Assembly (NCBI GenBank): GCA_044233485.1
Contig: JBIIJY010000002.1
Location: 8,047-72,046, forward strand
From: Minisyncoccia bacterium
GTDB lineage: Bacteria; Patescibacteriota; Minisyncoccia; Phycocordibacterales; UBA6065
Direction: 5' to 3'
Length of the DNA: 64,000 nt
The notes under the pieces are model-generated. The model searched no databases and was not told the origin of the DNA. It was given only the letters and a program-made list of their open reading frames with translations. Below are positions 56,297 through 64,000 of the stretch, piece by piece. Within the stretch, counting starts at the first letter, position 1; every line of letters begins with the position of its first letter. A program made the translations under genes and the position numbers.

Positions 56297-57427
56297 TTAG
56301 TTTTGACTGATTTTTCTTAGTGCAATACCAACAGCAATTGCAAAGGAAGGGCCAATAGTCGCCACCACTGGTTCCAGGAATTTTGGTACCTGCACGTGCG
56401 AAAACGGGTTGGCATAGACGACCTCAGTGTTTGGAAAACGCTCTCGGGCAAGCTCATAGAGCCCTTTTAGGAGTGATCCTCCTCCAGTCAGTGACACTCG
56501 CTTGATGTTTTTGCCATACTTTTGACCAAAATTTGAAACTGAACGTTCTGCTTCGAAAAAGAGATGGTCGAGGGTGATATGAATAATATCGTTTACCGGC
56601 TTGTACTGAGGATCATTTGAAATACCGATCGCCGTCTTGAGACGCTCTGCCTCGTCGAAAGTAATCCCCATAGACTGTGAGAGAGCGAGCGATATCTCTT
56701 GTGCTCCACGGTTGACGATATACGTCGATCGGAGTACTCCTTGCTCAAGAATATAGTATTTGGTTGAGTTGGCCCCAAAATCAATGACGAGTTGAGCAGC
56801 TTGGGCTTCGTCTGCCACTGAGCGAAGTGCACTAAATATCTCTATTTCAAAAAATGAAGAATTAATCTTTGCGAGATTAGTAATAGTCTTGTAGCTCTGC
56901 AAAGCTTCATTATGTATGACCACCATCAAGATATTCGTCATCTTCATTCCCGTGCTTTCTTTTCTAATCTCATATTCAGAATACGGATCATCGAGCTCTG
57001 GTACTTCAAGCCAGTCGAGCGTGACTTCCGAAAGCGGAACTGGGACGTACTTGCGTGCCTCCATCGGGACAATCTGTGCAAGCTGCTTTGAATCAACTTT
57101 CGGGATTTTTATAAACGTTACAAAACTCGAAGACGTCGGTATAGCCACCCCAGCATCACGAGAAGTAATCTTTGCCTCACGGAGGAGATCCGTAATTGCC
57201 TCTACGACTTTTTCCTGAGTAGTTCGAACTACTCGCCCTGGTGACTCGCCAGCATAGGGACCTAGGGCTATTTCTCCGTATGTTTCAAGGAGTACCGAGC
57301 CACCTTTTTTGCGTAACTGGACAATCTTGACTGAAGAAGAACCGATATCAATACCAATGACACTTTTTCCACTTGAGGAAAAAAGTTCTTTGAGTTGTGA
57401 GACAATCGTATCGAGGGGGCCTGCCAT
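56297..57427 (-). CDS. pilM: type IV pilus assembly ATPase-like protein PilM (actin fold)
   Basis: VIGIDIGSSSVKIVQL phosphate-1 motif. Start at ATG 57427. Confidence 0.8.
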   Translation of the reverse strand: MAGPLDTIVSQLKELFSSSGKSVIGIDIGSSSVKIVQLRKKGGSVLLETYGEIALGPYAGESPGRVVRTTQEKVVEAITDLLREAKITSRDAGVAIPTSSSFVTFIKIPKVDSKQLAQIVPMEARKYVPVPLSEVTLDWLEVPELDDPYSEYEIRKESTGMKMTNILMVVIHNEALQSYKTITNLAKINSSFFEIEIFSALRSVADEAQAAQLVIDFGANSTKYYILEQGVLRSTYIVNRGAQEISLALSQSMGITFDEAERLKTAIGISNDPQYKPVNDIIHITLDHLFFEAERSVSNFGQKYGKNIKRVSLTGGGSLLKGLYELARERFPNTEVVYANPFSHVQVPKFLEPVVATIGPSFAIAVGIALRKISQN

Positions 57428-57445
57428 ATATTTGTAGTATATCAG

Positions 57446-58075
57446 ATGAAAAACTTTTGTTATCAAGTAGTGAATATGCTCAAAATACTCGCTCTACGAA
57501 TTTTTTTTGATCATGAGGCGCGAGAACTTACGTTACATAGTGAAACTGGCTGGACACCGATCAGCCGGACGATTCAGGTCTGGGTGTATGGAGCATATCG
57601 TGACGAGCGAAATCTTGATCTGCTTCAGAGACTCAAGTACACGCACGACGTAGCCGCACAGGAGTTTTGCGCCAACCTGATAGCTAATTTCGTCAAGACG
57701 CAGTATCAAGTACCACCTTTGTGCATCGGAGTCCCTCAGAGTACACACCGAAAACTCTGGCGAGGATATGATCATATTGGTGAACTTGTCGCACTGCTTG
57801 CGACTCAAGGGAGAGTAATATCCTTATCGAAATCTCATCCATTTATACATAATTCATCCGCACCAACACAGTCTTCCCTACAGAGAAAAGAGCGCTTCGC
57901 AAACGCTCAAAGCGCTTTCTCATTGTCTCCAGACTTTGACCCAAACGATATTACAGGAAGAGAAGTACTCCTTATTGACGATATCGTAACCACTGGCGCC
58001 ACCCTCGCCTATCTTCAAGAGCTCTTGTACTCATGTGGTGCAAAGCGTGTCGTCGCCTTGGCAATTTTGGGATAG
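57446..58075 (+). CDS. ComF-family phosphoribosyltransferase-domain protein (lacks N-terminal zinc finger)
   Basis: C-terminal PRTase motif VLLIDDIVTTGATL. Confidence 0.65.
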   Translation: MKNFCYQVVNMLKILALRIFFDHEARELTLHSETGWTPISRTIQVWVYGAYRDERNLDLLQRLKYTHDVAAQEFCANLIANFVKTQYQVPPLCIGVPQSTHRKLWRGYDHIGELVALLATQGRVISLSKSHPFIHNSSAPTQSSLQRKERFANAQSAFSLSPDFDPNDITGREVLLIDDIVTTGATLAYLQELLYSCGAKRVVALAILG

Positions 58076-58099
58076 AAACACTTGTCTCATCTATACATC

Positions 58100-58207
58100 C
58101 ATGAAAGCTCCGCCTTTCAAATCCAGGCAAAAGCAAAGCAGTTTGCTTTTGCTTCTTTTACTTGAGGTTATTTCGTGTTGCGGGGGCTGGATTTGGTCAC
58201 AAGTTTT
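58100..58207 (+). repeat. repeat unit A: terminator-like hairpins plus a 22-nt duplicate of the tRNA-fMet 3' end
   Basis: CATGAAAGCTCCGCCTTTCAAATCCA...GCAAAAGCAAA-GCAG-TTTGCTTTTGC...CGTGTTGCGGGGGCTGGATTTG recurs 162 bp downstream (58263-58352). Confidence 0.6.
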
Positions 58208-58334
58208 CTCGACTCGTCAGTCTCGAAACTCGCGACCCCGGCTCGCTCATTCGCGCAACGCTCATGAAAGCTCCGCCTTTCAAATCCACATAGAAGCAAA
58301 GAAGTTTGCTTCTATTTATCGACAATCATACGTG

Positions 58335-58406
<72 letters not shown>

Positions 58407-58466
58407 ATATGTTTTTATATTACAACAGACTTATCTAATACGCAAATCGACGTATTATCCAGGACG

Positions 58467-59057
58467 TTATATTTTCGGCAGAAAATTAAACTCATCGAAC
58501 ACTCGACGGTATCGAGCGATCACTTCTCGTGCTTCGTATTCAGAAATCACAAACTCTGCACCATCGTGGGCAATACGGTTTCGCACCTTGTGCGCTTCCC
58601 ACGCATCATCAAGAGTGCGCATGTCCCCCGGATTGACTTTCTTGAGCTTGTCACCGATTGAGATTCCCTGATACCCGAGATAATCAAGTAAATCCTCAAG
58701 AAGAATATCCGCTTCAAGAATAGCAAGACGCCAATCCGAAGCATTAAGCGAGTGAATATGCTCCTCAACACGGAGCCATCGCTTTGTCTTGGCATCAGCT
58801 TTGTCGAGAATTGTCGCAGCGCGTACCTGTGTCGCTAGACGAAGGGCAATTTTGTCTGCACTTCGTGCGGTCTGCATGCGCACGTACACAAGCACTCCAA
58901 GGAGTACCAGAGCTGCGACGTACAGGCCTGGTCGTATAGTACCTATAAATGAGAGGACGGCATTGATAAGAGCAATCCAATCGATCGCACCTAAAATGCG
59001 ACCAATGTTGGTGATGATGTACTCGATATTGAGTGAAGGAGCATTGACCAAATCCAT
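58467..59057 (-). CDS. hypothetical membrane protein
   Basis: Two or three TM helices near the N-terminus. Charged C-terminal domain. Confidence 0.45.
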   Translation of the reverse strand: MDLVNAPSLNIEYIITNIGRILGAIDWIALINAVLSFIGTIRPGLYVAALVLLGVLVYVRMQTARSADKIALRLATQVRAATILDKADAKTKRWLRVEEHIHSLNASDWRLAILEADILLEDLLDYLGYQGISIGDKLKKVNPGDMRTLDDAWEAHKVRNRIAHDGAEFVISEYEAREVIARYRRVFDEFNFLPKI

Positions 59058-59075
59058 ACTCCCTATTGTACCCTG

Positions 59076-60509
59076 TTACGCAAGAGCTTCAAGGTCGGTA
59101 CCGAGGGTAAAGAGGATATCTTCTCGAGCGAAGTCAGACATGCACTGAATACCGAGTGGGAGTTTTACCCCATCAACCTCGAGTACTCCAGAGGGAACAG
59201 AGAGTGCTGGAATCCCCACGATGTTTGCCGTCACGGTAAAAATGTCTGCGAGATACATCGAGAGTGGGTCATGTGATTTTTCTCCGATCTTGAAAGCAGG
59301 GACTGGTGAGGTCGGTGTCAGGATGCAATCCACCTGGCGAAAAGCGTTCGTAAATTCTTCTCGAATCTTTTCTCGAGCCTGCAGCGCTTTGCCGTAGTAG
59401 GCATCGTAGTAACCACTCGAGAGTACATATGTCCCTAGAAGAATTCGTCGACGCACCTCAGCACCGAACCCCTGACCTCGTGAGTTCAAATACTCATCGA
59501 GCAAGTTTACACCTGGCACATGAAGTCCGTAGCGCACACCATCGAAACGAGCGAGGTTAGAAGAAACTTCAGCCGGCATCACAATATAGTACACAGCGAG
59601 TGCGTACTGCACCGAAGCGAGGGAGATCGGTTGTACCTGGTACCCTTTTTCTTCGAGTCGAGATATTGTCTCTTCGAAATTTTTAAGCACCCCAGCATCG
59701 ACTCCCTTGGTGCGGACGAAGTCCCACGGCACCCCGATTACTGGCTTCCCCTTTTGAGCTTTACGAGAATATTGCGTTGAATCAACCGAAGTGCTATCAA
59801 GTGGATCTTTAGCAGCGATAGCTTCATAGACAATCTGGGCGTCTCGAGTCGTCTTGGTGATTGGACCGATAACATCAAGTGAACTTGCCATTGCCATGAG
59901 GCCATGTCGCGAGACACTACCGTAGGTCGGCTTGAGTCCCACCACTCCACAGAAGCTGGCTGGCTGGCGTACTGAACCACCCGTATCAGAACCAAGGGCA
60001 ATCAAAGCGCCATTCATAGCGACCACCGCTGCCGAACCACCAGAAGAACCACCCGCGACTCGAGATGTGTCGTGCGGATTTTTCGTCACTCCGAACGCCG
60101 AGTTCTCAGTCGATCCACCCATCGCAAACTCATCCATATTTGTTCGACCAATGAAGACAACTCCCTGTTCCTTGAGTTTAGCAATCGCCGTCGCGTCGTA
60201 GGGAGCGACGTAGTTTTCAAGCATTTTCGATGAAGCACTTGAGATCTTTCCAGTGATCAGAATATTATCTTTAACTGCACAGGGAATACCAGTGAGTAGC
60301 GTAGCGGTCTTTGTATCAAAACGCTCCTGTGCTATGCGTGCTTGTTCCTCGATATCAGAAAATAATTCGAGATAGCCGTTTATTTCTTTATTCTTCTTGA
60401 GACCCACCTCAAGATATGCCTGGGCAAGTTCGAGTACAGAATATTCGCGCGAGGCAAGGCTTGCATGTGCTTTTTCTATCGTCAGTGAGGCGAGGTCAAT
60501 ATGTTTCAT
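59076..60509 (-). CDS. gatA: Glu-tRNA(Gln)/Asp-tRNA(Asn) amidotransferase subunit A
   Basis: Amidase signature GGSSGGSAAVVA, Ser-cisSer-Lys triad context. Confidence 0.9.
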   Translation of the reverse strand: MKHIDLASLTIEKAHASLASREYSVLELAQAYLEVGLKKNKEINGYLELFSDIEEQARIAQERFDTKTATLLTGIPCAVKDNILITGKISSASSKMLENYVAPYDATAIAKLKEQGVVFIGRTNMDEFAMGGSTENSAFGVTKNPHDTSRVAGGSSGGSAAVVAMNGALIALGSDTGGSVRQPASFCGVVGLKPTYGSVSRHGLMAMASSLDVIGPITKTTRDAQIVYEAIAAKDPLDSTSVDSTQYSRKAQKGKPVIGVPWDFVRTKGVDAGVLKNFEETISRLEEKGYQVQPISLASVQYALAVYYIVMPAEVSSNLARFDGVRYGLHVPGVNLLDEYLNSRGQGFGAEVRRRILLGTYVLSSGYYDAYYGKALQAREKIREEFTNAFRQVDCILTPTSPVPAFKIGEKSHDPLSMYLADIFTVTANIVGIPALSVPSGVLEVDGVKLPLGIQCMSDFAREDILFTLGTDLEALA

Positions 60510-60510
60510 A

Positions 60511-60795
60511 TTATAAAATCTTCTTTACCACTACATAGCCATCCTCACTTTCAGGAGCGAGCGAAAGAAGCTTTTCAGTGTAGACACCCGTCTGTGTTGT
60601 TGGCTCGTCCTGCCGGAGAGTGTTCACATTTACTCCAGTAAGCTGCTTCACCTCACCAGTAGCAATTTTAGTCACTTCTCCCACATACGCGAGAATGGCA
60701 TCCATCTCTTTGGTAAAGCGCTCCACCTCTTCAGGAGAAAGCTTGAGTCGAGCCAGTTTTGCAAGTTTTTCGGTGTCTGTATGAGTAATAGACAT
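60511..60795 (-). CDS. gatC: amidotransferase subunit C
   Basis: MSITHTDTEKLAKLARLKLSPEEVERFTKEMDAIL. Confidence 0.85.
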   Translation of the reverse strand: MSITHTDTEKLAKLARLKLSPEEVERFTKEMDAILAYVGEVTKIATGEVKQLTGVNVNTLRQDEPTTQTGVYTEKLLSLAPESEDGYVVVKKIL

Positions 60796-60834
60796 ATAGA
60801 AGTAAGTATACTGAAAAACCGCTTTGAATCTAGC

Positions 60835-62862
60835 CTATGAAGCCTTACCGAGTAATGCGAGAAATTCTGACTCACTGAGGATTGCAATGTTGAGCTTCTC
60901 TGCTTCTCTTAGTTTTGAACCCGTCTCACTCCCCGCGACCACATAATCTGTCGCTTGCGAGACACTGCTCGCCACCTTGCCTCCAGCTTGCTTGATCGCC
61001 TGCTTCGCCTCGTCACGAGAAAGACTCTCGAGTGTACCCGTAAGTACAAACACCTTACCTGAAAATAGACCCTGCTTTGATGCGGCTATTTCTTGAATCA
61101 CCTGAATATGTGAGAGGAGGGCGTCCAATAGGTGCCTGTTCTTTGAGCTCGCGAACCAAGTCACAAGAGACTCTGCGACAACTGGCCCGATGCCATCAAT
61201 CGCAGACAATTCTTCTGCAGAAGCCTCCTGGAGTCGAGCAATCGTTTTAAAATTTTCTGCCAGGAGCGTAGCCGTCTCCTCTCCTACATGATCAATCGAG
61301 AGCGCCACAATGAGGCGATCAAGTGTGACTTTCCGACGAGCGTCGATACTCTCGATCACATTGCGCGCAGATTTTTCTCCAAAACGAGGTAGTGTTTCGA
61401 GGTCGCCTTGGGTCAGGGTAAATAAATCAGCCGGCGTACTGATCCGACCATGAGCAACGAGGGCGTCGATAATTTTTGGTCCACACCCTTCGATATTAAA
61501 AGCGTGCTTCGAGACAAAATGATACAGCCGACGCTTGTTGAGCTCAAACGAGTCTCGAACGACACAACGATACGCCGCCTGACCAGGCACACGCTCGATC
61601 CGCCCATCCCCACCACACCCGTCGACCGTTTCTGGAAAGACAAACGGTTGCGCGCCGTGTGGTCGTAATTCTTGCACCACCTCAACAATATCTGGAATCA
61701 CGTCTCCAGCCTTTTGTAAAATCACTGTATCACCCACCCTCACGTCGAGCCGGGCAATCTCGTCCTCATTATGAAGCGTAGCGCGCGACACTTTCGAGCC
61801 AGCTACCGTGACTGGACGGAGCTCAGCTACCGGAGTGATCACTCCCGTCCGACCGACTTGGAGGATGATGTCCGTCACTACGGTTGTCACTTTTTCGGCT
61901 GGCCATTTGAATGCAATACCAAATCGCGGTGCTTTACCGGTATATCCAAGTACTTCTTGAAGCTCTCGCTCATCGACTTTTACTACCACCCCATCCGCTT
62001 GATAGTTGGCTTGAGAAATTTTGTTTTGCCATTTTTTCCAATACGCGATCACCTCGGCAATATCAGCCTTGTGTTCATAGTGAGGGTTTACTTTGAATCC
62101 GAGTTGCTTGAGTAGGGCAAGCTCTTCGTGCTGTGTCTTTGGTAACTCTCCTTCGAAGGCTGCTAAGTCATACATAAAGGTATCAAGCCCTCGGAGCGCT
62201 ACTACTTTCGGATCAAGCTGACGGATGGAGCCCGCCGCCACGTTTCGAGGATTTGCATACAGCGCCTCACCATTTTTCTTCTGCAAGGCATTGAGCTCTT
62301 CGAATTGTTTTTTTCCAATGTATACCTCGCCTTCTACAATACAGTTCACTGGCAGGGTGAGAAGAAGTGGTACCGACTCGATTCGTTTGACGTTTTGAGT
62401 CACATCTTCCCCCACTTCACCATTACCTCGAGTTCCCGCAGAAAAAAGTACGCCATTGCGATATTCAAGGACGATTTTTAATCCATCTATTTTATGCTCA
62501 CAGGTATAGGTCGGCGCGCGCTCAATTCCCGCTTTAGTTAGGAAGTTACGCACTCGAGTATCAAAGTCACGAATATCATCTTCGGTGAAGGCATCGTTGA
62601 ATGACCACTGCCGTACCGTGTGGGTGATTTTTTTAAACTCTTCCAGCGGCTCACCGCCCACCCGCTGACTTGGTGAATCTGGTGTGACGAGGTCTGGATA
62701 AGCCACTTCGATATCAACAAGCTCTTTTTTGAGACTATCAAGAGCCTCTGGAGCAATTGTCTCGAGGTCGAGCACGTGATAGTCGTAACGATATTTTTCA
62801 ATCGCTTTCTTGAGTGCTTCAAGTCGTTTCGTCGCCTCACGTTTCGAATCCATAGACCTCAT
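60835..62862 (-). CDS. ligA: NAD-dependent DNA ligase
   Basis: Adenylation KxDG (EHKIDGLKIV), OB, Zn finger, HhH and C-terminal BRCT. Confidence 0.9.
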   Translation of the reverse strand: MRSMDSKREATKRLEALKKAIEKYRYDYHVLDLETIAPEALDSLKKELVDIEVAYPDLVTPDSPSQRVGGEPLEEFKKITHTVRQWSFNDAFTEDDIRDFDTRVRNFLTKAGIERAPTYTCEHKIDGLKIVLEYRNGVLFSAGTRGNGEVGEDVTQNVKRIESVPLLLTLPVNCIVEGEVYIGKKQFEELNALQKKNGEALYANPRNVAAGSIRQLDPKVVALRGLDTFMYDLAAFEGELPKTQHEELALLKQLGFKVNPHYEHKADIAEVIAYWKKWQNKISQANYQADGVVVKVDERELQEVLGYTGKAPRFGIAFKWPAEKVTTVVTDIILQVGRTGVITPVAELRPVTVAGSKVSRATLHNEDEIARLDVRVGDTVILQKAGDVIPDIVEVVQELRPHGAQPFVFPETVDGCGGDGRIERVPGQAAYRCVVRDSFELNKRRLYHFVSKHAFNIEGCGPKIIDALVAHGRISTPADLFTLTQGDLETLPRFGEKSARNVIESIDARRKVTLDRLIVALSIDHVGEETATLLAENFKTIARLQEASAEELSAIDGIGPVVAESLVTWFASSKNRHLLDALLSHIQVIQEIAASKQGLFSGKVFVLTGTLESLSRDEAKQAIKQAGGKVASSVSQATDYVVAGSETGSKLREAEKLNIAILSESEFLALLGKAS

Positions 62863-62892
62863 ACTAACAAACCTCGGCTGTTTACTCTAGCG

Positions 62893-63708
62893 CTAATATG
62901 CGAGGGCGCTGTAGCCAGCGGTGGTGCAGACAGAAGAATTCTGAAGCCCTGAGACAATTGTAATCTGCCCAGACTGACTGACTTGGAGCACACGCACCTT
63001 GGTAAGATCATCTTGATTAGCGAGACAGATACGCGCAGTAGCATACGATGTATTATTGTAACGTGAACTTAAAGTGAAGCTCGGACTTGACCCTCCGAGG
63101 CTGGCAACGTATATATTTGCCTTTGTAGAGGGACGTAAGTATGAAACATAGAGACCACTAGTACCAAAAGACGTATCGCAGGTGGTCACGTTTGTTGTAC
63201 TGACCACACACCAGTTATTCACTACGATTCCCGGAGGGAGGTTTGTGACCTTGTCGAGAATGAGTTCGTAGTTTGCACCATTATTTACTGGAGTGTTTAT
63301 GTTATGGAAACAGTCATTACAAACACCATCGGTAGCATACACATCTAAAGTATTTATATCTCCTAGAGCAGGAGATATCGAGAGTCGGAAATCGTAGAAA
63401 GGTAGTGTTTTTGACTGCTTAAATCCAGTAAAATTTATAAAAGCTAGTCCTCTCCCGGCTGTGTTTGCAGTTATCTGAAAAGCTGAACCTCCAGTTACTA
63501 CATACTTTTCAGTAGTTACATTTACTGCCTCAAACTGCGACTGCCGAAACTGTAGTGCTAGGTCGTAGACCGCATTAGACAGTTGTACTGAGGCATTAAA
63601 AGAAGCGTGGCGGAAAACGACCACAGTGGTGATGAGCACGAAAATTGCAATCGAGACAAGCATTTCAACCAAGGTAAATCCTTTTATTTCGGAAACAGTA
63701 AATCTCAT
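62893..63708 (-). CDS. type IV pilin / pseudopilin-like protein
   Basis: MRFTVSEIKGFTLVEMLVSIAIFVLITTVVVF prepilin motif. Start ATG 63708. Confidence 0.65.
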   Translation of the reverse strand: MRFTVSEIKGFTLVEMLVSIAIFVLITTVVVFRHASFNASVQLSNAVYDLALQFRQSQFEAVNVTTEKYVVTGGSAFQITANTAGRGLAFINFTGFKQSKTLPFYDFRLSISPALGDINTLDVYATDGVCNDCFHNINTPVNNGANYELILDKVTNLPPGIVVNNWCVVSTTNVTTCDTSFGTSGLYVSYLRPSTKANIYVASLGGSSPSFTLSSRYNNTSYATARICLANQDDLTKVRVLQVSQSGQITIVSGLQNSSVCTTAGYSALAY

Positions 63709-63727
63709 ACATTGAAGTATATCGCAT

Positions 63728-64000
63728 TTACTGAACAACAATTATGTTTCTGGTAACAAAAAAGCCGGCCTTCGTGAGAAGACCGGCCTGAATTTCGAAC
63801 ACTTCACTTGAAGTAATAACCGGATCCCCAGAAGGGAGTAACCGGATCATTCCAGTGGAGCGTTGAGAGCATGAGGAAACTGTTACTATCGGTGCCATAC
63901 CCTGGAGGGTAGATGACTCGGCCGACTGGAACAGTTCCATCAGCTGAATCAGTGCGACCACTACCTGGAGGCTCAGAGAGTGATTCCCCAGCCCAGTAGA
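63728..64000 (-). CDS. C-terminal part of an unknown ORF that continues beyond the window end
   Basis: The reading frame is open to position 64000. No motif. Confidence 0.25.
   Translation of the reverse strand, partial: STGLGNHSLSLQVVVALIQLMELFQSAESSTLQGMAPIVTVSSCSQRSTGMIRLLPSGDPVITSSEVFEIQAGLLTKAGFFVTRNIIVVQ

Overview
This 64-kb window looks like a gene-dense, reduced bacterial genome, probably Patescibacteria/CPR-like; that assignment is inference from gene content (stripped-down housekeeping genes, many pilins, giant surface proteins, no secretin). Roughly 48% GC, with an AT-rich stretch at about 32.7-35.3 kb and a GC-rich non-coding island at about 23.9-24.3 kb.

Housekeeping genes recognised from conserved motifs: ftsE (partial), prfB, gyrB, thrS, mnmA, mltG, leuS, trmD, a KH-domain protein, rpsP, ftsZ, trxB, tlyA, a ybaK-like deacylase, tsaD, a corA-like transporter, cysS, a capA-family protein, an ftsB-like protein, a DUF4105 protein, lepA, a GNAT acetyltransferase, rplY, gatA, gatC and ligA.

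There is a complete type IV pilus assembly cluster (pilM-pilN-pilO-?-pilB-receiver-pilT-pilC) with no secretin. At least four prepilin-like genes are present, three of them tandem paralogues interleaved with tRNA genes at the start of the window. Three very large secreted repeat proteins follow: an NHL-type propeller protein, a PKD-repeat protein, and a LamG/FN3 protein; two of them end in a peptidoglycan-binding-like module.

RNA features found by eye: tRNA-Thr(CGU); a tRNA-Thr(GGU) split by a 233-nt group-I-like intron; tRNA-Glu(CUC); an initiator-type tRNA-Met(CAU); a T-box leader in front of thrS; and many rho-independent terminators.

Observations most worth a second look:
- leuS carries two NUDIX domains and one HAD domain inserted into an otherwise conventional LeuS.
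- The intron-containing tRNA-Thr(GGU) and the thrS T-box co-vary (UGGA bulge versus U73; ACC specifier).
- A tandem array of about 180-bp repeats, each starting with a copy of the tRNA-Glu 3' end, sits in AT-rich DNA. This looks like degraded tRNA-targeting integrative elements.
- A 440-nt GC-rich island with a terminator sits where rplS is normally found.
- One protein fuses an ATP-cone domain to a PD-(D/E)xK nuclease.

All protein calls rest on motif recognition from the translations. No database search was possible.
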